Assembly (NCBI RefSeq): GCF_024521635.1 | Contig: NW_026250444.1 | Span: 124,001-168,480 of the forward strand | Source: Tricharina praecox | Lineage: Eukaryota | DNA: 44,480 bases | Direction of reading: 5' to 3' | In this document: one piece after another, positions 11,754-24,716 of the stretch | Numbering within the stretch: the first letter of the stretch is position 1 | Layout: each line of letters begins with the position of its first letter | Notes under the pieces: model-generated | Database searches by the model: none | Told to the model about the DNA's origin: nothing | Seen by the model: only the letters and a program-made list of their open reading frames with translations | Position numbers and translations under genes: made by a program

Positions 11754-13240
11754 TTTTGGGACTCAAGGCTGGGGATGGGGAATTGTCACTGGTGTCGGGA
11801 AGACGCGATGCAACATGGGTGGGTTTGTCGGAGTGGTGACATCAATGCCAAGACGCTGCCAAGACAATCGCAAGTGGGCATTTTATGCTTATTATCCACT
11901 CTATTCATGCCACCATATGGAATCCCGTTATTTAAACATCCACAATTAAGGACGTGGATAAACAGCGACCCGGCGTTGATACCGTACTTTTATGGTACCT
12001 TTATCGGCGCTCGGAGGTACCCGGTTCCAGGTGGAAACTCCGTCAATCTTGGCCCCCACCCGGAGAATCGGGATTTGTACCTGCATACAACCTTTGAAAC
12101 CGATTTGTGTTCCCTCACAAGTCACCACTCCATCGCAGGCGCGAGAACAGGGCGCCCAGACAGTTTTTGGGAATGCCCGGAGACGAGACGAAATTGAGCG
12201 GGCTCAGCGAAACAAGGACGACGCGGATTTCAGTGGAGAACGGATACCATGAGGTATGTGCTCTACCGAGCCCGGAGTTTCGGCTTTGCTGACAGCCACT
12301 GTCCGGCATCCAGCGGAAGAGTTTTCTTCATGGAAGTCTATAATAGAGTATGTAGTTCTCTCGGCGCGGGTAAGTTCGACCGCTAACTACCGTACAGCCC
12401 GGGAGGAAAAAATCAACAGCTCCGTTGCCCTCGGGTTTCAAACCACATTTCGGGGAGGGCAATACCTACCTAGGTACGGTATTCTGCCACTGGACTCTGG
12501 AGTAGCACGCTCTATAAAGCTCAGCGCCGTACTGTTTGATGGTGTCCGAATCCGGCTGGCGAGAAGGCCTGGACAATTACGGGGGGGTTGAACCGCCTCA
12601 AGAAAGATATGATGGAAGCAGTGCTGAGAATACGGCGTCCGGACCCCGGAGCTCGAACTGGAATCCAATAAGGCCCACTAGGTGACAGAATGGTGGGGCA
12701 GTCCCGGAGGGCCGGAGGCTGAGCAGGGTTTTTCCGGGGTGCAGTCCGTCCAGTCCAGTCCAGTCCCGTGGGGTAAATGCCCGGATGCCACCTAGATCCG
12801 GGGACATGTGGTTATATGATGGTAGTACTAGTAGGTGGTGTGCCGAGCCGGATACCGGATGGCTACGAGTGCCGGTTGCGCAAATATCACGACCGGTTTC
12901 TACTTGGCGGTTGCTATTTCGACTAGTAAGTATGTGACGGCGGGACTTCGTACGAAACTTCGTTTGGCTGGATTTCCGAGTGGGGGCGCTTGGCCCCTGC
13001 CAATCCTCACCACGGTAGGTATGGCCTCTTCCCTACTCTTAAGTTTAGAACTGATCTTCGTCTAGATATGAAGCTTTAACATATATACCACGCCTTTTTC
13101 GTGTAGATTTCGAAAATGTGTCACTCATGGATTCGAGCCTGCGGATACCTATGTACCGGTATATAGTTTCTCAGTTCACACTAACTAGTGGAGATCCAAG
13201 CGTGCCCTGCTACATATTCGTCTCGATCATGCCTTGAGAT

Positions 13241-13770
13241 AAGTGTTCTCTATCGTCCGGTCTGGACGGCCGTCGGGGCGGGACGGACGGCCAAAACGCC
13301 GGACGGTCCGAGCCCGAGACGGAATGTTGCAAAATCTCTCCGTCAGGTCTGAGCCTGGGACGGACGGGTCGGTCCTCGTCCGACGGTGGAGGACGGCCGT
13401 CCAAGTCACCTGATTATTTTTCCGCGGGTTGACAAGATTTTAGCACTGATGTCTAACACACCACCGCGTCTGTTCAATATTTGCCGCTCCACAAACACCA
13501 TCACAGCTCCACAACTATCCTGACCGTCAACACCGTTGCTGTGAGAAGTAGCAGTATTTTTACTCGTACATACCCAAGGTCCACGCCCGAAATCAAGTTT
13601 TTAGTCAAGGCTTGGCGTCGGACGGCCAGGACGGCCGTCGACGGCCGTCCGTCTGGTCCGTCCGCTGAAATAAACTTCGCCGTCATGCCCGAGGCTCGGA
13701 TGGACGGAAGGCACGCCGTCCGTCTTGGTCCATGGCTCAGGACGGACGGACCGGACGATAGAGAACACTG
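13241..13770. mobile_element. Non-autonomous hAT-like DNA transposon (MITE), 530 bp
   Basis: TIRs (A)AGTGTTCTCTATCGTCCGGTC and GACCGGACGATAGAGAACACTG; direct repeat CTTGAGAT at 13233-13240 and 13771-13778 (8-bp TSD); many subterminal GGACGG/CCGTCC motifs. Confidence 0.9.
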
Positions 13771-15667
13771 CTTGAGATATCATGGACTTAAGAAACTGGC
13801 GAAGTTGACGTTCTATTTTCTCGCACAGAGCACTGTGGACCGAATGTCTTTTTTGTTTGACGGAAACAGCTATGTACGGGCAAGTGCTTGATACTGGAAC
13901 GATAGCTTTGCGACCACGCATGTCGTCGCATTTTTGGCAGTCGAATGCGCAATGATGACGCGGTATGGAGATCGCATTTCGGACGAGTTCCTCTCAAGAC
14001 ACCAACGATGGTTCGGATACCCCAGGCGTAACGCTGTTGGAATTGAGTGAAGAACTTGACTTGATTGATGTATTGATACAAGGAAGAAGAGAAAGAAGAC
14101 TGCTTATAAGGGAATCGAGCTCGTGTAGACAACAAGATGAGGCCGGCGAAGCCGGGCCTTCCTTAGACAGAAGATGCGGCGATAGCCATCGCCGGACTAG
14201 GCTGGGGGCTTGAAGGCTTGAAGGCCGACTCTGTAGAGAAGCCATGGGTAATGCTAAGCAGTCGCAAATGAAATGAGGGCAGTATGCTAACAGACAGTGG
14301 AAAGTAGTAGTGACACCGGAACAGGCAATAAGACGCATAATATTAACAAACGCCGAAGCAGTATGGTTTATGGAGCCATCGACTCATAGCATAGCAGACA
14401 TGCGCCTAAAACTCTGCCTGGGCTATGCGATAGAATGCAACGGTGCTCGATGAACTCTTCATCGAGATGCATCGATGCAGATTCTACTATAGGCGAGGCT
14501 GATTGTTAGGCGGAATCGGCGAATGTGACTGCGGAGGTACATAGAAGTACCTACATAAGAACAAATAGGTATTCCACCGCTTCGCAACCATTCAACTAGT
14601 GGGAGGATCGTTTGTATTTCTATGTACATACACACAACAATAAAACTGGAACGACCTTCTCGGCCGCGGCTGATAGGTCGCTGTCTTTGATAACATCTAG
14701 GTAGATATCATAGCGCTCAGTGGTGCCATATAGTAGAGCCTTAGTTGCGGAAGGGGTTGGATTCAAGATATGAGGTGTTTGGCTCTTCTGGATTCTGGAA
14801 TAGAGCTTACATTCCCAGTATGTATCATACGCTGGTAGTAACTTGGTAAGTCGTGGTGTTTCCACTGTCCCGTGTCCATCAACAGCATGTACGGTATACA
14901 TCGGTATCCAGCACATCCCTTCGATACCTATAGAATGGTCTCAAGGCACACTCAACGATCGCATCTCATCCTCGTCGGTGTGTGAGGGATGGATCATACA
15001 ACCATCACTCGATATCCGACCTGCGGGCCTGGAAAGGATGGATTGACGGAGGTCCATCCACACCAGCTGCAGGCATAAACTGGTACTGCGAGTATGATCA
15101 CACAGATAACATGCAGGCACGACAAGGTGGCACCAGCAAAATATTACGGAGAATTCCGGTTGGACTCGAGTCAAGGCGACGGAATATTCTGCAAATACCA
15201 AGTACCAAGTATCCCGCTATAGCCAACATCGGCATACCAGCTCACGCAAGACCATGGTGAAAAAAAGAGAACGAAACCATCGATCACATTCTACCAGCGG
15301 TGCATTTGCTATTTTCGCCTCGCAGCGGGACGACCAGAGGGCCCGCCTGCGCTTTGGAAACACATGACACGACAGGTCACGGCATCTTGGCTAGAATACA
15401 GATTCGTGGCTGGCTGGGTTGTACGACGTGTGCGGTGCGCAGCGCAGAGGAACTTGAAGCCAAGCAGCCCGCAATCGGCGCAACCGAAGTGCATGCATGC
15501 GGTCGACGTGCGGGATTGGCTCCACGCGGTTGATCGGATGAGGACTCCTTACATACGTGTGGCATTGAGATATTGGCTTTGACTGGGGAGCCCGGAGCTG
15601 CGCTATGGACCACGGAGGTCGAGCTTGCGCTTGAGGCGGTGCGTCTCGCTGTCGACGTTGGGTGGAC

Positions 15668-16491
15668 AGACCCTCCGACAGTTCGTCGGTTGAAATGGGA
15701 ACAATGGTTTAAACAGTTTAGTTCTGGTTGATTTTGTTCCCGGTTCGGTTGGGAACAGAACCTGTCAGTTCCCAGGTGGTTTAGGTAAGTCTGGTAGTTG
15801 TTCCTGGGAAAACTGGCAGAACTGTCAGTTCAGTGGATGAACTGCCAGTTCAGCTACGGCAGTGAAGTGGGCGAGATAGGTTCCCATGGTCACGGAAAAA
15901 GCGATAGAAGATGTACAGTACTATTTCTGAAATAGTACTCTGGTGCTACCTACCCATGTGGGCATGGCGATTGAACCTCTTGACACTCTCCAGAGCTTCA
16001 ACACTCTCGGTACCTAGGGATTGCCGATGAACAGTCAGAATCATCTTGCACTCGGAGGACACCCGTTTAACATCAGCCAACATGGCTGGAATAACCAGAA
16101 TGCCAATGGCCATTCGACTGGTGTTAGGAAAACGACGTTGCTGCCGCGGTTCCCGCCACCATTCGCTCGCGGCAGGACTGTTTCGAACATTCCTCTCAAC
16201 AGGCAATGAAAAATAGTCCTGGAGATCGTCAACCGGCGGCGTCCTACTGGGCGCCGGGTTGATAGTAGCGACTGGGTGGTGGATTTGAGGTAGTTACTCG
16301 GTGGGTTGGTGGTGGCGACGGGTTTAGCCCAAACTTTAAGTCTCACTGAACTGATGGGACAAGCAATTTTCCCAGTTCAAAACCTGGTAGTTGGTTCAGT
16401 TTGGCAGTTGGTTCAGTTCACTACCCCTCAACAGTTGGTTGGTTCGGGAACACCCCCGGTTTGTTCCCAGTTTGAACTGTTATACCACCCC
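15668..16491. mobile_element. Degenerate MITE-like insertion rich in CAGTT/AACTG/GGGAAC motifs
   Basis: Both ends carry clustered CAGTTC/GAACTG/GTTCCC motifs with partial inverted similarity. It is flanked by GGGTGG at 15660-15665 and 16492-16497 and splits a duplicated host segment. Boundaries are approximate. Confidence 0.5.
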
Positions 16492-17434
16492 GGGTGGTAT
16501 AACTACCTTAGGTACATACGTGGCGAGGTTGAAGAGGTGGAAGTTCAACGGTCATGGGAAGTCGAGCATCCGCTTGAAGCGTTGCTTCTCGCCGTCGGCA
16601 TGGGTGATATAACTACTTCTATACGTGGCGACGCCGAAGACGAAGACGTGGAAGAGCAACAGGAAGCCTATGGGAGCCATTAGATCTTAGTGGGAAGTGA
16701 GCAAGGAAATTGGAGCACCTGAAGCTTAGAAAATGGGCAGGGGAAATGGGAGCAGATCTAGGCAGTCCGGCACTGTTGCCCTGACTCTGGAGTCTGCCTT
16801 ACCACGTGCTCTCGTCCGAGTACGCCTTATGGACAGAAACTTCGATACCGTTGGCTACATAGCAAGAAGACGATTCTCGAGGCTGTCCTCGGTGGGTAAG
16901 ACCAATACTAATCAGCCATTACTTTTTCTTCGGTTTAATCATAGGTAGTGTCCAACCCGACTCTCGTCAGGCGGCCCGACGTGGCTTCGCCTGCCATCCC
17001 CTCCCCGTCTCCCTTCCAAACAACTGCCCGCAGTAATTGCTTCTGCTGGCTATTTCCGTTCAATGGTCCAATCTGTCATCGTCGACTCCAAGCCAACGAA
17101 CAAGTCAGCAGGTAGTGGCGAGCGAGTGACAAGCCATGCCACACGAGGCTGAGCCAATGGTGTGCCTTGCGTTGCCGGGATAGCCCATGGCGAAAAAAGT
17201 TGGCGCTGCTGTCTGCAGATATCTTGCCAAGGAGACAGGTACGGTACTATAGGTACTTGTCCCGTGCATCGGTACTCCGACCGTGAATATTTCTCGCCTG
17301 ATGGGTTATGCTTATCTCGGTTCACGTGCTGATTTTTCTTTCGGGCGTACATGCATACCGGTACATATAGAGGTACGTACCTTCGCGGTCGCAATGGCCA
17401 GCTGCTGTGATCAGTTATGTGTAGAGTGCGTCGC

Positions 17435-17490
17435 CTCGTATCTCGTAACTCGTAACTCGTATCTCGCAACTCGTAACTCGTATCTCGCAT
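17435..17490. repeat. 7-bp tandem repeat, 8 units of CTCG(T/C)A(A/T)
   Basis: Directly visible: ctcgtat ctcgtaa ctcgtaa ctcgtat ctcgcaa ctcgtaa ctcgtat ctcgcat. Confidence 0.9.
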
Positions 17491-18887
17491 CTGAAGGCAT
17501 TCCTTCCTCTCCCCTCCGCCTCGCCGCCCCCCGCGCTCGGAAGGACGTTCGCCCGTCTACAGTCTTGAGGGCGGCCCTTGCTCCGCACAGTTTCGTGATT
17601 GCACAGATTGCGCGGCTTGGAGGGACTCGGGGTGAATTCGGGCCGGCTGGGCGTTCGCTCATCATATCTCGTATTCGCTTAAGGGATGGGAGGGGCGGCA
17701 CTGGGGCGCAGCAATCACCAGTTGTTGGGGTAGTGGAGTAGTTAGTTGGATCGATATGTGCTCTAGAGTGCACCCCACTCTACTCTACTGCAACCGTAGA
17801 GTACTCTATACTCTTGCGGATAACCGATGGGTTCTGCTGCTTGACGATGGAGAAAAGGTCGAATGAAGGCGGGGACGACTCTGGCGCTCTGCGAAGATCT
17901 CGAGCATGCTCGGTTCGCGGTCTGCGGCGATGTCTCGGCTTGGGCGATGGTTTCAGCCGGGGAGAATTGCGCGCCAATGAGAACGGTGTGCGGCCTGCTG
18001 GGATCTACCAGTGGCCACGACTGTGATTACTAATCACGACTTCCCTCTGCCTAGAATCCAATCAAGTACTGTACTTACTGATTCAAGTAAGTGGCTCGAA
18101 GATAAACGCGAGCCAAACGTGCAGGATGTTGTTCCGTGGACGCCGCGCTGGACGAAGCAACGTCCCCTGTCGACCTAACTTCCCTACTCTAAACGTTACC
18201 GAGAACGAGGTCTTGCAACAGCGGTCGTTGAAATACCGCGCCATGGCTGTGGAATTGCCATCATATCGATTGTGGATGCCTGCCTGCCCGCCTGTCGATC
18301 GTTCCTTTCTTTTCTCCCCATCATAATCGTCTGTCTGCCTGTCTCATCCCCCCACCACCTGGCCCTTCGCCCTTCAAGTACCTATACCCACAGACCGGTA
18401 CACTGCTGCGCGACTCGCGGATCACCACCCGCGCCTGGAAATCAGGCGGTACGCCTTGAGGCAGAGAATAGTCTGTTCGCTGGTAGGTATTCTGCCTCTT
18501 CTACAATCCCGCTTGCTCAATCACATCCAGTTCCGCAATTCTCATCTCGCCGTCGGCCACTCAGCGCTCTCGAGTACCCCCTCTACCTTCCGGCCGACCA
18601 ACGACGATCGTTACGGAGGTGCTCCCCGACACAACACGACACAAAACAACGTCGTATTCGGAGGTCATCCCGACCTTTTCTCGCTGCGCCCCCGATCCTT
18701 TGAGCCTTGTCGAGTCGACACGGTGCTCCGACCGGGGCTGCTACTGCGACAGCCCCCGTACGTTCCGTATATCAGTGCGGCCGTCCCACCGCTGCCCCGT
18801 CGTCGCCGGTTCTTGGCGAGCGCACACCGACATCATCATCACCACCGCAACACATAGCAGAAAACTATAGTACAACGCCTCACTGCG

Positions 18888-21800
18888 ATGGTCGCCTTTG
18901 ATTCCCTCCGGCAGTCATGGGCGCTGGTGCGGAAAAACCTAATCATCAACCTCCGCCGGCACTTCGTGTCAACCCTATACCGCGCTTTCGTCCTGCCCGT
19001 TATCTTTGTCGCCTTCCTCTCGTTCTCACGGAACCTCCTGGTTCCGCCGTCGACATATGGCATCGGAAGTCCGGCCGCCGTCAGGGATCTGGGCGATGCG
19101 CTCGCCGCTAAGCCGAATACGAAGCTACTGTTCGTGAACAATGCGCTCGGGGGAGAGGTGGACACTATCATCGCCACAATGGAGGAGGAGCTGAAGTCCA
19201 GGGGGACGGTGATGGTGATCGAGAACGAGATTGCACTCAGGACCGAGTGCAAACAGAGCTTGCGGGGTGTGTCGCGCTGTTTTGCCGCCATCGTGTTCGA
19301 GAGCAGCCCCAATACCGGCGAAGGCGGCAACTGGAAGTATACCGTTAGAGGCGACATCTCCTTCAACGACGGGAGAGTCAATGTGGATGATCACGACAGT
19401 GCTGTTCAAGAGTGAGCGTGGCTCCGTTCCCATCTGCGGGAGAGAGGGAGGAAGGGAGCTGACGCTGACGAGAGTAGGGTCTTGGTGCCGATTCAGTTAG
19501 CCGTCGATCGTGCTATTGCGAAGCAGGAGGGAAGGACGGACGTCGATTCCATTCGGGTCTCGGAGTACATGTACACTTCGCTCAACCAGGATGAGTTTGA
19601 CGCGAAGCTCAGGGCCAGGTAAGTGTGACTTCAAGTCGAGCCCATTTTCTCTCATTTTCCGCCCGTGGTTGCTGATGATGGGGTTATTTCAGGTTCTCTG
19701 CTGCCGTCATCAACTATCTCTCTGCTGCCTATCTTATTGGTATGATCGGCATAGTGTACCACCTCACCGGTTTTCAAGCGATGGAGCGTGAGAAGGGACT
19801 GTCGACTCTGATCGAGGCCATGGGAGGATCCAAGTTCGCACGCATGGTGTCCTACCATATCTCCTTTTCGCTCATCTATATTGCCGGTTGGATAGTTATG
19901 GCCCTCAACCTGTGGGGAGGAATCTTCAACAGCTCGTCCGTCGTCATCATCATTATTTGGCTCATAACATCCGGATGGGCCTTGGCTTCGTGGGCATTGT
20001 TTCTGGGTGCCTTCTTCAAGAAGGCGCAACTCAGCGGTATCTCGGCCACCGTCTTCTCCCTGATCCTTGGCATCATCGCACAGGTCTCCAAGGATGCGTC
20101 GACCGGAACCTTTGCGGTATTGGGCTTCCTTTTCCCGCCTATGACCTACGTCTTCCACGCCATTAGTCTGGGCCGTTGGGAAAGTAAACAAATTGGCGCG
20201 AATGTTCTCGACGGTCCCCCTAGTAGCACGTCTCAACTTCCGATCGTTGCGTATTGGATCTTTTCCATCGTCCAGGCTCTGGTGTATCCGATTCTGGCCG
20301 CATATGTCGAACGCTATCTGTTCAGCACCACTTCTTCGGGCCACCGTCACTTCAGCCATCAGCTCACCGACAACAACGCGCTCGAGATCCGTGGCTTCAC
20401 CAAGCGGTACCCTCCTCGTCTATTGACGAAATGGTTCGGCCGCCCGGAGAGCAAGGAATCCGTGATCGCAGTCAACGACTTGAACCTCAGCGTCGTAACA
20501 GGACAGATCTTGGTTCTCCTGGGTGCCAATGGCTCCGGAAAGACGACTACTCTGGAGGCAGTGGCTGGTTTGGGTAGTGTCAAAGAGGGCGAGATCAACA
20601 TCGCGGCTGGCGACAGGGCGATCGGAATCTGTCCCCAGAAGAACGTCTTGTGGGACGACATGACCGTGGATGAACACGTCCGAATCTGGAACTTGATAAA
20701 GTGTCGTGGCGACGATCAGGAAACCTTGCGAAAACTCATCGACGAGTGTGATCTTACCCGGAAGAGACATACCAAGAGCAAGGCTCTCTCCGGAGGGCAA
20801 AAGCGGAAGCTGCAACTTGCGGCGATGTTTACCGGTGGCAGTACGGTTTGTGCGATCGACGAAGTGTCTTCCGGTCTGGATCCACTGTCCAGACGGAAGA
20901 TTTGGGATATCGTTCTTGCGGCCAGAGGGTTCCGGACCATCATCATGACATCTCACTTCTTGGATGAGGCTGATCTCCTGGCCGATCACATTGCTATCCT
21001 GTCGAAGGGCCACCTCAAATGTGAGGGCTCCGCGGTGCAGTTGAAGACCGAGTACGGAGGTGGATACCGAGTCCATGCACCCATCAATGCGCCGGCACTC
21101 GCTGGAGTTTCGATGAAGAGGTTCTACGATGCGACCATCTACAATATTCCCACCCCGACGGAGGCTAGTCGTGTCATCGAGGCTCTCGAGACGAACGGTG
21201 TGTCGGATTACTACGTCCAGGGCCCTACTATCGAGGACGTGTTCCTCTCCGTGGCCGACGAGAGTATCGCCAACAGATCCGAGAACACTGGCGAGCGCGA
21301 GAAGCTCGGCGTCAGTGAGACCGCCGACCAGATCTCTTCAACCGGCAACTCGGACACGGAAGAGAAGAAGGGCGTTTCGCTCCACAACGGACGGCATCTC
21401 GGAATCTTCCAGCAGACTTGGGTCTTGATCCGGAAGCGGATTACTATTTTGCAGCGGAACTACCTTGCTCAGATCGCGGCCATTGCCATTCCCATCATTG
21501 CTGCCGGCATCACGAAGCTCACCTTCAAATCGTTTCCCGGTGTCTCGTGTAATACAGCTACGCAGGTCTCGCTTTCGGACGTGGAGAATCTGACGCTTAG
21601 CATCGATTTTGACATGCTTCTTGGACCTAGAAGTATTCTGTCCAGCTTGGTGGAATTCGCGGATATCTTGTTGCCCTCTGGGACTGGAGGGAGTGGGGCT
21701 ACCAATATGATCGCGAATCTGACGAACTCGTTGGCTTTCGCCAACACTCTTCCCGCCTTCAACGACTACATCCGCCACAACTACAAGAACGTCACACCGG

Positions 21801-23845
21801 GAGGCCTCTTTCTGGAGGGAAAAACCGCCACCTACGCCTACCAGGGAGATAAGAGTATGTCCCTGCGAGGCGCAATGATGTTCCAGAACGTTGTCGACAA
21901 CATCGTGTTCAACGTCACAGGCGGCATCTCGGCAACCTACCTTCCGTTCGATTACATCTGGCCGAAAGGACAGGGAGATACCATGATCTTTGTTGCCTAC
22001 GCCGGTCTTGCGTTCTCTGCTTTCCCGGCTTTCTTTGCCCTCTACCCCACGGTGGAGAGGATCAAGAATGTCAGGGCTCTACATTTCTCTAACGGTGTCC
22101 GCGCTCTGCCACTGTGGCTCGCATACGCCCTCTTCGATTTCGCTTCGGTACTCATAATTTCGGTGATCTGTACGGGAATCTTTGCTGCGGCTACCGATGG
22201 ATGGTACAACCTCGGGTATCTCTTCGTTGTCGTGCTGCTTTACGGCGTCGCATCGACGGTGTTGGTCTATTGCATCTCGCTCATCACCAAGAGTCAACTG
22301 TCGGCATTCGCCTTCGCAGCTGGAGGACAGGCTGTCTTTTTCTTGGTGTACCTGATCACCTACCTGAGCATCTACACCTTTGTGGAGCCGATCGATCTGG
22401 ATCATGCGCTCGACGTGACTAACTACGTTTTCTGTGCGTTATCGCCCATAGCATGTCTCACACACGCCTTCTTCGTGGCTCTCAACAGTTTCTCGATCAG
22501 CTGCGAGGGCGAATCCCTCATTTCCTACCCGGGAACCATGAGGCTGTACGGAAGCTCCATCTTGTTCTTATGTCTCCAGATGATCGTCCTGTTTGCTATC
22601 CTGGTGCTCCACGATTCTGGAAAGCTGCGCATCAACTTTGGGTTCCTCCACAGAAGCAGCAAGCCAACCGCGCCCCGAGATGCGGAGGATAACACGTTCT
22701 CTGAGAAGGACATTTCGGACGAGTTGCAACGGGTGGACTCTTCGAACGATGGGCTGAGAGTGATGCACCTCTCCAAGAAGTTCAAGAAGTTCCAGGCCGT
22801 CGACGACGTGACGTTCGGCGTTCCCCGCGGCGAAGTGTTTGCCCTGCTGGGCCCTAACGGAGCGGGAAAGACCACGACCATCAACATGATCCGCGGCGAG
22901 CTCCCCGCCACCTCTGGAGAGATATTCGTCCAGAACATTCTCGTGAACAAGAACCGCGCCGCTGCACGTCAGCACCTCGGGGTCTGCCCGCAGTTCGACG
23001 CGATGGACCGCATGACGGTCACGGAACACTTGGTGTTTTACGCTAGGATCAGAGGTGTCGAGAATGTGGATTACAACGTGGATGAGGTTATCCGTGCAGT
23101 CGGCTTGGATGATTTTCGCTATAGGATCGCGGAGAAGCTCAGTGGTGGTAACAAGCGGAAGCTCAGTCTGGCCATCGCATTGATGGGGAATCCGGCCGTG
23201 TTGCTGCTCGACGAGCCGTCTTCGGGAATGGATGCTGCTGCAAAGAGGTACTAATTCCTTCTTACTTTGTTGACAGATGCATGAAGGCTGACTACAAGTG
23301 ACAGAGTGATGTGGCGCACGCTCGAATCCGTCGTCCCGGGGCGCTCGCTGGTGCTCACCACGCACAGCATGGAAGAGTGCAGTGCTCTCGCAGGTCGCGC
23401 CGGAATCCTTGCGAAGCGCATGCTTGCCCTCGGCACCACCGAGCAGCTGCGTCGTCGCTACGGCGACAAGTACCTTGTGCACATTGTCCTCGCCAGTGCG
23501 CCGCACTCCACAGAGGCGGAAATGAACACAGTCAACAGCTGGATCTCGTCATCGTTCCCCGGTGCCGAGCTGGAGCCGCGGAGCTTCGGCGGGCAGGTGC
23601 GGTTCTCGATTCCGGCGAGTGAGGGCGGCGGCGTCGCTGCCGTCTTTAAGAGGCTCGAGAGTCAGGGCCCCCAGCGCGGGTGTAAGTTCTGGAGTGTCGA
23701 TAGGGGGACCATGGATATGGTGTTCTTGGAGGTCGTGGGCAGAGCACAGGTCCAGGAAGAGGGCTACGATGAGGATGTCAAGAAGAAGATGTGGAAGAAA
23801 GTTGCTATGGCGGTTTTTGCACCGTGGATGTTTTTGATTCGGTAG
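18888..23845 (+). CDS. ABC transporter, subfamily A (full size, TMD-NBD x2); exons 18888-19411, 19478-19618, 19693-23247, 23305-23845; 1586 aa
   Basis: ABCA-type N-terminus RQSWALVRKN and internal QQTWVLIRKR. NBD1: GANGSGKT, LSGGQKRK, AIDEVSSGLD. NBD2: GPNGAGKT, LSGGNKRK, LLLDEPSSGMD, LTTHSMEE. Three GT-AG introns keep the frame. Confidence 0.93.
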
Positions 23846-24018
23846 TGATGCGAGGGGGACGGGGGGGGAGGGGGGGCTTTTATTTTCTTTTCTTATTCGT
23901 AAGGTATAGACGCGGGGTTATCTCTGCTTTTTCTTATAGTTCCGTTGGGTGATGCGTTTCCCTTCTCTTTCTTTTCTATTCATCACGCAGGATGTAGTTA
24001 TGACTGTGGATGTAATTT

Positions 24019-24073
24019 GATTCATGTGTACGATTCATGTGCACGAATTCATATGTACGGATTCACGTGTACC
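24019..24073. repeat. 13-14-bp degenerate tandem repeat (~4 units)
   Basis: gattcatgtgtac gattcatgtgcac gaattcatatgtac ggattcacgtgtac. Confidence 0.75.
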
Positions 24074-24716
24074 GGTCACATGTCCGAGTGAGTGCCGAAG
24101 TACGAACGCCTACTATGATAGTCATCTCGGAACGTTACAATTATCGTTCGCAACTGTGAGGCTTTCTGTCGGTCCACGTTGAACCCGCTTGGTTCGGGAG
24201 CTGACGACTGGGAGGGAGGGAAATATTTTTCTGTTGAATCATTTCGTTAGTTGCTTGCGACCCATCTAGATGATGGTCATACACACTCGGACGTCGGCGT
24301 GTAGTAGTGAAGTAGAACGACAAGCGCACCGCAACAGCATAATTAAGCGCCAGACGTGCTTGGAGATTTTGAGTGGGGGGGCTAACATTAGCTGGAGTAT
24401 AGTTAGTCTCGACGACATCTCTTAGTCATGCTCGTGACTCGTGAGCGATGCATGCTTGGGAAGGCTGTTCCCAGTTCTCGATCCTCGAATCCGGATTAGG
24501 TTGTGTTATTTTGTCTCTTCAGGTCCTTCAATACTGCCGCTGTGCGGTAGGGAGGGAAGCAGGGTGGGAAGGAGGCTGCTCGGACCGTGACTGGGCAGTT
24601 TCACAGCTTCTCGACAGCGGAGGTCGAACTTATCGACACTGATACATATCCGGAGTCTTGCAGGCTTGCAGACTTGCAGACTTGCAGTGCTCAGCTACCT
24701 ACATGGCTGCTGGGAC

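Noticed and set aside
10872..12197. 441-aa plus-strand ORF
   Set aside because: Antisense shadow of the MutL-family gene with no motifs.
12470..12796. Possible third MITE with CAGTC repeats and CTAGGT..ACCTAG ends
   Set aside because: TIRs too degenerate and no TSD.
13060..13200. B-box-like GGCTCGAATCC on the minus strand with faint similarity to 1960-2020
   Set aside because: No cloverleaf or clear A-box; not callable as a tRNA, at most a SINE relic.
13965..15260. Protein-like short ORFs
   Set aside because: Could not be joined into a coherent gene and no family was recognised.
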